Source: a virus
IMG/VR virus record: IMGVR_UViG_3300035138_000032
Span: 1 to 64,000 of that record
Length of the DNA stretch: 64,000 nt
Strand: one strand, 5' to 3'
Below are positions 46,398 to 57,300 of the stretch, piece after piece. Made by a program: the position numbers and the translations under genes. The notes below the pieces were generated by a model. That model was not told where the DNA came from. It searched no databases and saw only the letters and a list, made by a program, of their open reading frames with translations. Numbering within the stretch: the first letter of the stretch is position 1; every line of letters starts with the position of its first letter.

Positions 46398-46446
46398 AAG
46401 AAAAGGTCAAGGTTACATTAATTTTTGTTATAAAGGAGAAGAGATT

Positions 46447-46929
46447 ATGAATGGTTATGTTAAGAATATGACACACCTCTGGGCACACACTATGAAAAGA
46501 ACAATTGGCCCAGGATCCACTGTTCCCTTGAACGAGTTATATGAACAGTATGGTGAAAAGCATGGTTTAGAAGATGGGGAAGAATTTATTAATTGGCTTA
46601 GAAATGTAAAACTCAGAGATAGTAGTAAATGGCAGATATTTAAAGAAGACGACACAGTTTATGAAGAGGAAGTTAATATATCCATAAATAAGCCTAATAC
46701 TGAAAAATTTAAAGAATATGTTCCGCCGGTAGTTTCTACTACAGATATGAGCGTTGAAGGACTTGTGGAACTTTCAGTAAGGAAGGCCCGTGAAATAGTA
46801 CCTAAAATAAGCGACGTACAGTTGTTAAAGTATGCTGAAAATATTGCCAAACAACGAGCAAATAAGGATAGTTTAAGGCTTATCTTACTGCGTCGTATAA
46901 AAGAGCTATCTCACAGTACTATGAGATAA
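46447..46929 (+). CDS. Hypothetical protein
   Basis: 160 aa with AAGGAG RBS. Confidence 0.75.
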   Translation: MNGYVKNMTHLWAHTMKRTIGPGSTVPLNELYEQYGEKHGLEDGEEFINWLRNVKLRDSSKWQIFKEDDTVYEEEVNISINKPNTEKFKEYVPPVVSTTDMSVEGLVELSVRKAREIVPKISDVQLLKYAENIAKQRANKDSLRLILLRRIKELSHSTMR

Positions 46930-46967
46930 ACCTCTTCGACTAAAATATAATCTTGGAGGATGAGTCG

Positions 46968-48269
46968 ATGGCTAGAAGTTTACTTAGGCAATTAGAACAA
47001 ATAAGAAATACTGGTACATACGATGATGGGGTTGTGTCAGTTAATACGTCTGCAATAGCTGAACCCACCACTTCTGGTACATTGGAAGGTGATATAAATG
47101 TTTTAAGAACGCTCTTGAAGCAGGTAAAGGGTAATACTAACTGGTATGATGACCCTGGAATGTACTTCGATCCCACTAATACAGACGCTGTTAATACAGT
47201 AACCAAACAAATGAGTTTAGCTAATATTAAAGGCAACACTCTAGATTCAAAAACTGTAATTATTGCTGTTAGTGATACTAATAGTAATAGTGGTTATACC
47301 GTATCCGGGACTTCTACAGGTGTTTTAATATCGCCTACAACAGCTACCTACGCTCTGCCTACTGATCGTAGAGGCCTACCTATTTTCAATAGCGTTACTA
47401 ATTCAGGTACTTATTATGATGAAGGTGGTTTAGATAATGTATGTAGGGTAGATATAATTAATACAGCTACGGATGGAGAAATCCAGGATACTTCCGGCTA
47501 TACAATCTATGGTAAACTTCACGATGGTGCTGATTTTAGTGGTTCAGGCGCCGGCAGCGATGTTTACATTAGATTCTATGCTAATGGTAGTACGTGCGAT
47601 CTTTCTAATGCTGTTGGTTATCCCACAAACATTTCCTTTGTTTATCCTTATAGGCGTAGAATGTCGGATGTAGCTGAATATGAATGGCTTAGGACTGATT
47701 TTGTGAGTTCATGGGAAGGTGATATTGTACTAATTGAGGATATTAGTAACTTATGGAGTTACACCGGAGCCTCGGATGGAGATGATAATCCCCAACCGTG
47801 GGATAATACTACAGCAAGTTATATTCTTCAAAGCAATCCTAGTGATTTGACATCAGCCATTAATGACTTGAATGATGGTGTTGGTTCTAGACTTTATTCT
47901 GAAGAAAATTATATTACTGATGGCTCTACAATTACAGCTGCTCTGGAGGCCCTCGACGTTGCCTTGCAGGACGTAGCTGATTCAGTTATAGCGTCTTCTG
48001 GCGACAAATATGTAGAGACCGCAGCTGTTAATATTAGTAAAAATGTAGAACACCCATTACCGTATTCAATAACATACACACCTAGTTCCACCGCAGGCCG
48101 TGAAGGAGCTAATATGGATGTTTATTTAGATGGTCAGTTGTTGGCCGCAGACACCGGTGTTAATGGTGTTAATGCTGATAGAGATTATGCCGAGACCACT
48201 GCATCCGGTATAACTTTTAGATTTAATGTACATGCTGATAGAAATATTACATATGTAGTAAGGCAATAA
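46968..48269 (+). CDS. Virion structural protein
   Basis: Rich in S, T, G and D; C-terminal MDVYLDGQLL...DY-x-E beta domain; GGAGG RBS before the ATG at 46968. Confidence 0.65.
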   Translation: MARSLLRQLEQIRNTGTYDDGVVSVNTSAIAEPTTSGTLEGDINVLRTLLKQVKGNTNWYDDPGMYFDPTNTDAVNTVTKQMSLANIKGNTLDSKTVIIAVSDTNSNSGYTVSGTSTGVLISPTTATYALPTDRRGLPIFNSVTNSGTYYDEGGLDNVCRVDIINTATDGEIQDTSGYTIYGKLHDGADFSGSGAGSDVYIRFYANGSTCDLSNAVGYPTNISFVYPYRRRMSDVAEYEWLRTDFVSSWEGDIVLIEDISNLWSYTGASDGDDNPQPWDNTTASYILQSNPSDLTSAINDLNDGVGSRLYSEENYITDGSTITAALEALDVALQDVADSVIASSGDKYVETAAVNISKNVEHPLPYSITYTPSSTAGREGANMDVYLDGQLLAADTGVNGVNADRDYAETTASGITFRFNVHADRNITYVVRQ

Positions 48270-48291
48270 TAATTAAAGGCGTGGAGGAATA

Positions 48292-48651
48292 ATGTTACAG
48301 GACAGGGCAGAACGAAATAAATTAAGGCAAGTGATAAACACCGCTGAAGACAAAGGTGTTTTGGGTAAAGATGAGGTAGGGTTTGTAATAACATTGTTAG
48401 ACCGTTTCAGACAGGATATAGATGTTAAAGTCAAACAGGTTCATATGATCCAAGGTGAAATAAATCAACTTAGATTAAATGAAAAGACTATTATAAACCT
48501 TATAGAAAATATGGTGGCTTCTGCTGAAAGAGATCTCGCGCGACAGGAAACAGCTAAAAAGCTAAGGGAAGTAAGAGATAATAAAGACGAGAGTCTTTCG
48601 ACCGCCGCCGCAATAGGTAATGACAAAAAAGATGTAGATATTGAAAAATAA
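48292..48651 (+). CDS. Coiled-coil protein
   Basis: 119 aa with GGAGG RBS. Confidence 0.7.
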   Translation: MLQDRAERNKLRQVINTAEDKGVLGKDEVGFVITLLDRFRQDIDVKVKQVHMIQGEINQLRLNEKTIINLIENMVASAERDLARQETAKKLREVRDNKDESLSTAAAIGNDKKDVDIEK

Positions 48652-48664
48652 ATTAAAGGGTGTG

Positions 48665-48743
48665 TAAAATGGCCGATATTTGAAGTGGTTTACCTTATCG
48701 ATTATTAAGATTGATGTAAACTTTTCATGTATTGGCCATTTTA
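48665..48743 (+). other. Long imperfect intergenic hairpin
   Basis: Nested stems TAAAATGGCCGATA/TATTGGCCATTTTA, TGAAG/TTTCA, GTTTAC/GTAAAC and ATCGAT/ATTGAT. Confidence 0.65.
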
Positions 48744-48758
48744 TTTTAATGTATTAAT

Positions 48759-49307
48759 ATGATAACGCTAAGAAGGCCGGGTTCTAGAATAACTTATGTT
48801 GGTAGTTCTTGTATAGAATTTGCTGATGAACTTATAGGCGTTAAGGATAATAATAATAAGATATTTTACACGGATAAAAGATATGTTCCGGGGAAAATAG
48901 ACCTTATTTATAATGGTCAGGTTTTAACTAATAATGATTTTATAGAGTCTGGTGATTACGAAGTAACCTTTAAGTATATAGCCCCACACCCAGAAGATTT
49001 AGTAGGCGCAATATATGAGATCGCTACAACTTCGGGGTTTGTTTATGAACATAATCACGATGATTTATACTATAGGAAGACAGGTTATAAGGTAAACCAA
49101 CCTGTAAGCGGTACTATAGATGATAATAACACGGTGTTTACATTGCATCATACACCGATTAACGATACGGTTCAGGTGTACTTAAATGGTTTGTTACAAG
49201 AACCAGGTAGTGGTAAGGATTATGTAATTTCAGGTAGAAACATAAATTTTGATTTACCTCCCGAGATTGATGATATTATACTTACGAGTTATATGATTGA
49301 TGTATAG
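48759..49307 (+). CDS. Virion protein with two V-Y-L-N-G-L-L-Q beta domains
   Basis: LIYNGQVL and VQVYLNGLLQEPG...DY. Confidence 0.7.
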   Translation: MITLRRPGSRITYVGSSCIEFADELIGVKDNNNKIFYTDKRYVPGKIDLIYNGQVLTNNDFIESGDYEVTFKYIAPHPEDLVGAIYEIATTSGFVYEHNHDDLYYRKTGYKVNQPVSGTIDDNNTVFTLHHTPINDTVQVYLNGLLQEPGSGKDYVISGRNINFDLPPEIDDIILTSYMIDV

Positions 49308-49339
49308 TTTTAAAATAATATAAGGAGAAGTTAAAACCT

Positions 49340-51865
49340 ATGGCTACTAAAATTAGAGGCGCACAAATTAAAGATGCTCTTGCCGGCGCAGGTTTAATAA
49401 TGACTGACGGGGTTATGGCTGTTGGTTCAGGTACTGGTATTAGAGTTTATGATGATTATATAGAAACGTTGCCTTCCGAAATTGACCATGACTTACTACT
49501 TAATTATGTTGCTGATGAACATATAGCTCACTCTAGTGTCTCTATATCTACCGGTGGTATATTGACAGGTGGCGGTACTATAGCACAATCGAGGACTATT
49601 TCTTTATCGAGTTCTGATGTTGATCACGATCAAACAACTAATTTTGTTGCGGCCGAGCACATCAGATGGGATTTGACGGGCGCAGAGGATATTCATCCAG
49701 ATCGTATTGTAGCTTCTGGTATCGATCATGGAGGTCTGGCCAGCCTCGCTGATGATGATCACACACAATATTCTCTTGTAGATGGTGCTAGATCTTTTAC
49801 AAGTACTGTTGGTGGTATTACCCCTACAGATGATGCTCACTTAGCAACGAAGTGGTATGTCGACAATGGGATAGCTACAGCTACTGGTACATTGATAAGC
49901 GATCATGGCGAGTTAATTGGGTTAGATGATAATGACCATACTCAGTATGCTATGGGTGTTGCTGGAGCTCCCCTTTCTTATGCTTCTCAAACAGTAACAT
50001 TTAATTATGACAGCATTGATTTAGGTGTAAGCGGTACCGATCTTTATGTTAAAGATAGCGGTATTGATCATGACCAGACAACAAATTACGTTGCTGATGA
50101 GCATATTGCTCATTCTTCTGTGTCTATTACAGGTGGAGGTATTTTGTCTGGCGGTGGAGATATTACTTCAAGTAGATCCATATCACTTAGTCATTCCGGT
50201 GTTGATCACGATCAAACAACTAATTTTGTTGCGGCTGAGCACATCAGATGGGATTTGACGGGCGCAGAGGATATTCATCCTGATAGAATCACATCTTCGG
50301 GTGTTACTCAGTATGTAAATGATTTAGATCATGGTAGTTTGTCTGGTTTGTCTGATGACGACCACACTATGTATTCTAGAGCGGATGGTACTAGGCCTTT
50401 TACAAGTACCGTTGGGGGTATTACACCTGTTGCTACCTCAGATCTTACAACAAAGGGGTATGTTGATGGTTTAATTCAAGGTCTTGATTGGCAAGATTCA
50501 GTTTTAGATAGGGATCTTACAGCCCCACCTGCTTCTGGAACCAATGTAGGTGACAGGTATATTGTAGGAACTTCTGCTTCTGGTATTTGGGCAGGTCATG
50601 ATAATGAAATAGCTGAATGGAGCGGTGTTTCTTGGGATTTTGTAACTACTTCAGGTAACGAAGGGACAGCCACTTGGGTAGAAGATGAGGATAGGCTTTT
50701 GGTGTGGAACGGGACCTCCTGGGCCACGTTTGGTTCTAATATAGAGCACAATAATCTTATAGGTATACAAGGTGGTTCCTCCAACGAATATTATCATTTG
50801 TCTGCTACGGACTATGATGCTTTGGTTACATATCGTAGAGAAACCATAGAAGACTACGTAGGGGCTATGGTTAGTGGTACCGGTAGTAGTCAGACTAATA
50901 TTACTGTTTCCTATGATGATAGCGGCTCTGCTGCTGGTTTTTTAGATTTTAGCGTTAACACAGCTACAGATAGTGTACTTGGTGTGGCTTCATTTTCGGC
51001 CTCGGATTTTGATGTAACTTCAGGGGCTGTTAGTTTAGAAGACACTGTTCTTAAAGCCATAAACACTGAATCAGGCGCTTTAACTATAAGCAATCATACG
51101 GTTACTATCAGTGGTGGTGAAGGAATAGATGTAACTCACACTGGAACTACCATCAGTGTTGCAGGTGAAGATGCTTCTGATACTAATAAAGGCGTGGCTT
51201 CTTTTAACAGTGATGATTTTACGGTAACAGCAGGTAGTGTGGTTATTGCTACTGGCGGTGTGGATAATGTTCAATTAGCTAATAGTAGTTTAACAGTTAC
51301 AGCTGGTACTGGTATGATAGGTGGCGGTTCAGTATCTCTTGGCGGATCTACTACACTGAATGTGGGCGCTGGTGATGGTATTGATGTTTCTGCTTCTGGT
51401 GTAGCTGTTGACTATAAAGTTAACGATGGTCTTACTATAGATGCTACTGAGTTGACCATTGCTTATGATGATTCTACGATAGGTATCATAAGTAATTCCT
51501 TGGCCGTTAAAGATGCAGGTATAACAGAGGCTAAGTTGGATATAGCTAATAGTCCTTCCGATGGTTATTATCTCAAATATACCACAGCTAGTGGTATGCA
51601 GTGGACTAATATAACCGATGATACTGAGGCAGTTCTTGAGTCTGACATTAAGTTTGAGGATGAGTCTTCCAATTGTGATGGTGCTACTACTGAGTTTACT
51701 TTAGGGTTTACTCCTATCGCTAATTCTGTGCAGGTATTCTTAAACGGTCTATTACAACAAGAAGGTTCAGGTAATGACTATGAATTGTCCGGTACTACGG
51801 TGACGTTTAGTATGGCTCCTGAAACCAGTGACTTATTATTGATTTACTATATTGCTAATAATTAA
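49340..51865 (+). CDS. Fibre-like virion protein with H-x10-H repeats
   Basis: DH...DDDHTQY repeats, a GDRYIV...W-x-GHD module and a C-terminal VQVFLNGLLQ domain. Confidence 0.8.
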   Translation: MATKIRGAQIKDALAGAGLIMTDGVMAVGSGTGIRVYDDYIETLPSEIDHDLLLNYVADEHIAHSSVSISTGGILTGGGTIAQSRTISLSSSDVDHDQTTNFVAAEHIRWDLTGAEDIHPDRIVASGIDHGGLASLADDDHTQYSLVDGARSFTSTVGGITPTDDAHLATKWYVDNGIATATGTLISDHGELIGLDDNDHTQYAMGVAGAPLSYASQTVTFNYDSIDLGVSGTDLYVKDSGIDHDQTTNYVADEHIAHSSVSITGGGILSGGGDITSSRSISLSHSGVDHDQTTNFVAAEHIRWDLTGAEDIHPDRITSSGVTQYVNDLDHGSLSGLSDDDHTMYSRADGTRPFTSTVGGITPVATSDLTTKGYVDGLIQGLDWQDSVLDRDLTAPPASGTNVGDRYIVGTSASGIWAGHDNEIAEWSGVSWDFVTTSGNEGTATWVEDEDRLLVWNGTSWATFGSNIEHNNLIGIQGGSSNEYYHLSATDYDALVTYRRETIEDYVGAMVSGTGSSQTNITVSYDDSGSAAGFLDFSVNTATDSVLGVASFSASDFDVTSGAVSLEDTVLKAINTESGALTISNHTVTISGGEGIDVTHTGTTISVAGEDASDTNKGVASFNSDDFTVTAGSVVIATGGVDNVQLANSSLTVTAGTGMIGGGSVSLGGSTTLNVGAGDGIDVSASGVAVDYKVNDGLTIDATELTIAYDDSTIGIISNSLAVKDAGITEAKLDIANSPSDGYYLKYTTASGMQWTNITDDTEAVLESDIKFEDESSNCDGATTEFTLGFTPIANSVQVFLNGLLQQEGSGNDYELSGTTVTFSMAPETSDLLLIYYIANN

Positions 51866-51870
51866 TATAA

Positions 51871-51900
51871 CGGAGCGTATCGATAGATGCGCTCCTTATT
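51871..51900 (+). terminator. Hairpin / probable terminator
   Basis: GGAGCGTATC-GATA-GATGCGCTCC-TTATT. Confidence 0.6.
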
Positions 51901-51912
51901 ATAAGGAAAAAT

Positions 51913-52356
51913 ATGAAACTTAAAGGTAAGGCGGTGGATAAACTTCCAACACATAAAAGAGAAAAAATGGAAAGAACTTTAGATAGAATGGAAAGAGTTA
52001 GGAGGAATGACAAAATGTTTTTACGTAAAACTATGGAAGAGAAGTTGTTGTGGGCAAGGGCTGAAAGGAACTTAGGTGTTGACACAGTAACTGGTTTGCG
52101 GAATCAAATTAAATCTATTGAAAATCAGATAGATAGAGTCCAAGAGCAGATGCTCAAATTGGACGGTATCATTTTGGTTTTGGAAGATATACTTGCAGCC
52201 GATAGAAAAGAAACAGAGATGTTAGCTAAACAAATTGAAGAACAATGTGAGAAAGTTGAAGATGGTATGAGTACAGACGAAGAATTAATACCTGAAGTTA
52301 ATAAAGAAAAGAAAGTAAGAAAAATACGAAAAAAAACTAAAAAAGAAGAAGATTAG
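51913..52356 (+). CDS. Coiled-coil protein
   Basis: 147 aa with heptad repeats. Confidence 0.7.
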   Translation: MKLKGKAVDKLPTHKREKMERTLDRMERVRRNDKMFLRKTMEEKLLWARAERNLGVDTVTGLRNQIKSIENQIDRVQEQMLKLDGIILVLEDILAADRKETEMLAKQIEEQCEKVEDGMSTDEELIPEVNKEKKVRKIRKKTKKEED

Positions 52357-52390
52357 GATTCAAGTAAAATATAAAGGATAATAAAAATAA

Positions 52391-53131
52391 ATGGCTACAG
52401 CAAACACAGCTATTCGTTCAGAGCAAATTCAGGCGGCCACCATATCTGGCGGGCATTTGGACACTTATAATTTACCAGTAGATGCTTATGTTATTAAGTG
52501 GAATGCTAGTCAGAATAAGATGGAGTGGGCCCCATTGGCAAGTCTGATTTCTAATGAAACCCCGTCTGGCGACGTTAATGGTACTAATGTTACTTTTACA
52601 TTGGGTAGCACACCAGTTACTGGTTCTGTAGAAGTTTATTTGAATGGTTTGTTACAAAAACCAGTTGGCGAGGATTATACTATTAATGGTCAGACTATTA
52701 CTTTTGTTGAAGCGCCCGAAACTAATGATCTTTTGTTAGCGTCATATCTAACTCAGGCTGGTTTGGCTGCCGGCGCTACTACTAAGTACCCTACTACTGT
52801 TGTTAGTTCCTCAGGTACGTATTCACCAACCAGTGATCAATATGCTTATACGTTTATTATGTCAGTTCCTGACGGAGGCGATTTAACTTTTAATCTTCCA
52901 TCAGTAGGGGCTAGTGACATAGGTGCCTGGTATAGATTTACAAAATCTCCCTCCTCCTCTGGTATTTTGACTATTCAGACTGCAGACAGCGACGTTATAG
53001 CTGACACTACTCCGGGAGGTACTATTTACAATGATACTGCCTCAGAGGTTTATGCTAACGTAACTATACAGCTGATATCAGCAACACAGTGGACTATAAC
53101 TGGGGCTCATGGTTCTTGGACTGCTACTTAG
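52391..53131 (+). CDS. Virion/fibre protein
   Basis: VEVYLNGLLQKP...DY domain followed by a TFNLPS...G beta domain. Confidence 0.7.
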   Translation: MATANTAIRSEQIQAATISGGHLDTYNLPVDAYVIKWNASQNKMEWAPLASLISNETPSGDVNGTNVTFTLGSTPVTGSVEVYLNGLLQKPVGEDYTINGQTITFVEAPETNDLLLASYLTQAGLAAGATTKYPTTVVSSSGTYSPTSDQYAYTFIMSVPDGGDLTFNLPSVGASDIGAWYRFTKSPSSSGILTIQTADSDVIADTTPGGTIYNDTASEVYANVTIQLISATQWTITGAHGSWTAT

Positions 53132-53175
53132 TTATAATAACAATAATTGATTGTTATCATTAAGGGAGGAAAAAA

Positions 53176-53940
53176 ATGTCAGGCATAGATGAATATACAG
53201 CTTTGATGCTTCACATGGATGGATCTGAAGACGGTGATTCTTCTATTTATGAGCATACTGTGGTAGCTAATGGTAGCCCTACATGGCAAGAAACACCGGC
53301 AAAATGGGGCAACTCAATATATTTTAAAGCTAGCGAACACGAATACCTGTCTGTGTCAGATCACCCTGTTTTTGCATTTGGAACACAGAAATTTACAATT
53401 GATTTTTGGGTTTATGGTAGGCCTAGTACTACTGGAGCATTTTATGCTCAGTATAACAATAGTGACCAAAGTAATAGAACAGCTATTAAGATGTACAATA
53501 CTACTACTGTTATGTTTTATATAATTTCAGGTGGTAATTATGCTTTTCGTATAATATCTGATGATGGTTTACCGGCCACCCAATGGAATCATATTGCAGT
53601 GGTTAGAAATGGGTTAACTACTAATGATTGGTATCTTTTTATAAATGGTCATAATGGTTCACCTACTATAGATTATGATCCATCCAGCAGTGTGCCTAAT
53701 TATGATCAAGGCCCGACTATTGGTTATTTCTATCATTCTGTACCCCAATATATGAGTAGTTATATGGATGAGTTGAGGGTGTCTGTAGGCATTGCTCGTT
53801 GGAAAAAAGATTTTACTCCGCCTATTAACCCTTATGATGAGTTTGTGGGTCCAGGGAACATTTTTGGTAAAGAGAGGGCCGGGGCTTTTACTTTCGGTTC
53901 TAAAGTTGATGATGTTTGGTATCTTGGTACTGATTCATAA
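53176..53940 (+). CDS. LamG/concanavalin-A-like domain protein
   Basis: LMLHMDG, FTIDFW, WNHIAVVR, LFING, YMDELRVS and FTPP motifs. Confidence 0.85.
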   Translation: MSGIDEYTALMLHMDGSEDGDSSIYEHTVVANGSPTWQETPAKWGNSIYFKASEHEYLSVSDHPVFAFGTQKFTIDFWVYGRPSTTGAFYAQYNNSDQSNRTAIKMYNTTTVMFYIISGGNYAFRIISDDGLPATQWNHIAVVRNGLTTNDWYLFINGHNGSPTIDYDPSSSVPNYDQGPTIGYFYHSVPQYMSSYMDELRVSVGIARWKKDFTPPINPYDEFVGPGNIFGKERAGAFTFGSKVDDVWYLGTDS

Positions 53941-53951
53941 GGAGTAGATAA

Positions 53952-54308
53952 ATGGCAAGAAGTAGATTCACAGAAGACCAAGCATTAGATGCTGATTTCT
54001 TTTCAGAGGACGAGGCCGCCACTTTATCTGGTGTGTTACAGGCAGAGATTGATGCTAAACCAGATAATTTTTTGGACCTAGGTGACACGCCAGATAGTTA
54101 TACTGATAATTATTATTTAAGATTTACTGCTTCTGGTATAGAGGCGGCTGTTGTTACAGCTACATCAGAGTTTCCTAGATATTATATAGAGTCAGATATT
54201 ACTGTTTCAGTTAATGATTATGGTCAGTATGCTATAAGAGAGACTGGTTATATAGAGGTGGCGGGGACTCTTGAATTTGGTAACGGTGGGATGTTAATAA
54301 TAGTATAG
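53952..54308 (+). CDS. Virion protein
   Basis: FLDLGDTPDSY motif, shared with the next gene. Confidence 0.65.
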   Translation: MARSRFTEDQALDADFFSEDEAATLSGVLQAEIDAKPDNFLDLGDTPDSYTDNYYLRFTASGIEAAVVTATSEFPRYYIESDITVSVNDYGQYAIRETGYIEVAGTLEFGNGGMLIIV

Positions 54309-54319
54309 GAGTATTAAAA

Positions 54320-57300
54320 ATGAGTAAAAGTGGACAAATAATAATACCATATGGCGATGCGCCAATGACGCCTAATAGCGGTAAGATAACTATATATGCT
54401 GATAATAATAAGGTGCCATATTACAAAGATGATGAAGGTAACGCATACCAATTGGCTCCAAGTGGTATTGTCACCGCGCATAACGAATTGACTGGACTAT
54501 CTGCTGATGATCATCCTCAATATCACAACGATGTTCGTGGAGATGCAAGGTATTATACACAAGCACAAGTGGATGCGTTTATAACATCAGTGTCTGGTAA
54601 TCCCGCCTTCATAGAGTTGACGGACACTCCTAACACATACCCATCTCATAATAATAATATATTAAGGGCCACTTCGTCTGGTATGGAATATTACGTGATG
54701 GATAGTAGTTGTCGTGTTGTTAATGTTTCTTCCTCTATTGGCTCTTCTTTAGGTGATGGTAGTTTTATTTTTCCTTTGGACACTATAGATAATGCTATTC
54801 AACATATAAAAGACATCGGTGTTTCAGGAACTAATTATGTAGTACAGCTATTTCCGGGTTATCATTACGTAGATTCTGTCATTGTAGACACACCACTAGT
54901 ACGCTCTATAATAGGCTTAGACAGTAATTCTACCTACATAAAACCTAATAGTTCAACACCAAACAGTTTTTTTAATATATATTATAAAACGGATTTATCT
55001 AATATAACAATAGATGCTACTGATTATCCATTGTTAGTTACTTCTTCTGGTTCGATTGGTATAAATGTTTTAGATGACAGCTATAATCAGGTCAATTTTG
55101 ACAGGATTTTTATATATGGTTTCAGAACTGGTTTTTATACTAATGTAGAATCAAATGTGTATATGAATGATTGTGATATACGGTCTGCCGGAACAGCTGT
55201 AAAAGTAGGCGCCGGTGCTTTATTTGATGCTGATAATATTTTTATAGAGGATTGTTGGGACAAGCACATTCATATATTTGGAAACGCTGAAGCCTATTTC
55301 GCTGATGCTGAAATGTGCTCTACAAATACGTTAAGCGGTACTGGTTTGTATGTAGAAGGTGATGACACTTATGTAGAGATTTTCGGCGGCACTAATATAT
55401 GGGGTTGCGATAAAGATCTGTATGTTAGAGACGCAGCAACGGTAAGAGTGGATGGTTGTGTGTTAGAAGAATCGGAAAGTTATCCATGTATAGAGCAATC
55501 TGGGGAATCGACTTTAATTATCATAAATTCTAGGGCCCCATTGAGTTCAGATAGCTTGTTAGTAGAGAACGATACTAGTGTTTATATCAACGCTTATGAT
55601 TCTGATAATTCAATTACTACTATAGGTAAAAGCGCGCCAAAAAATCAACCTCTCTTCAGCATTGCTACTGGAAATGTTAACAATCCTTATCTATCTTATG
55701 AGGATAACCATGATAATTTATATTCTGCCCTTGGTTTTGTAGTTCCGACAACAGGCTCTGGTTCCGAATTATTTGCATCCGCGACAGAAGGTCCAGCTTC
55801 TATAGCAGCGCATTCTATAGGCAATTCTGCTTGGGATAATGAATGTTCTATAAAATTAATGGGTGTGCAGACTGGTGTGGATAGGGGTTGGTACATTAAA
55901 AAATTATCTGGAGCGACGCCTCAACTATCTATTAAATACGTAGATGGAACCACCGCCTTTTATGCAAACCCAGATGGTTCTGTGGAGTTTAATTCGGGCG
56001 TTAGTATCAATAAGATCTTAGATGAAGATGATTTTGCGTCTAATGACCCTTCTGGGTTGGTTACACAACAATCTATATATACTTTTGTATCCACCACATC
56101 TGGTTCTATAAATAATGATATAATAAGTAATACTAATAACATAGCCATAAATGCTGCCAACATAACTACCGTGTCCAATACGGTCGATACTAATATAACT
56201 AATATAGCTACAAACACAAATAATATAAATATAAATGCTGATAATATAAGTGATAATGCCGATGATATAACAACATTATCAGGTCTTATAGATTTTTTTA
56301 GTGATCATGGTAATTTATATGGTAAATCCGATGATGATCATCCACAATACCATAATAATACAAGGGGCGATGCCCGGTATTATACACAAAGTCAAGTAGA
56401 TTCTATGATAGTTGATACTGCGTCTGGAGTGTCTTATGTAAATACAGATTGGAGTACTATTGATGTACAAGATGCTATAGATAAACTTACGGATTACACA
56501 GAAAATACACACGGCTCTGGTAGAATATCACCTGATGTGGTTTTAACGGTATCTGGCGGCCTGTCGCCGTATTTAATAGCACATGCTGGAGAAGGTTATA
56601 TAAATCACGGCGGTCTACATGAATATATATCTTGGGGCGAGGAGGTTGTTGATTTTACCTCTTATTCACAGGGTCTGTATTATGTTTATGTAGATACAAA
56701 TGGTGATGTGTTGACGTCATCCTCGGATCCAGGACTTATACAGGTTGTATCTTTAGGTTTATGTTATTATACTGGTACAGTCATAGGATTTGCGCAATCG
56801 TGTGGTTGTATAATAGAAAACTCTTTAAATAGAATTATTGATTATATGCATAATTTAGGGGTGTTTTTAATTTCAGATGGTGGTTTAGTACAGACTATGT
56901 CTGGGGAAACAAATAGGATTGTGTCGCCAGCCTGCTCAGCTCAAAACGGTACTGCAGTAGTAGCCATGCCCGAAGTGGACAGTGATGACGCTGCTTCAGC
57001 TAATTTTTATTGTATTTATACGTCTGTGGATGAGGACATGGAGGCCCTTGGTTATTTTGCATCTTCTGTAGGTTACAATGGTTCTATATTTACGGATAGG
57101 TGGAATGATGTTACTGCCTCTGGATCTGTACAATTAGCCGGTACATATACCTTTACTCAATATTCTAATACAGTTACAGTAGCGGGCAGCGTAGCTGATT
57201 TACATGTTGATGATTTTATATGGTATGGTACAGATACGGATTCTTATGCTACTCCAATAACTTCTATAGTGGGAAATACTATAACTTTAGAATCTATATA

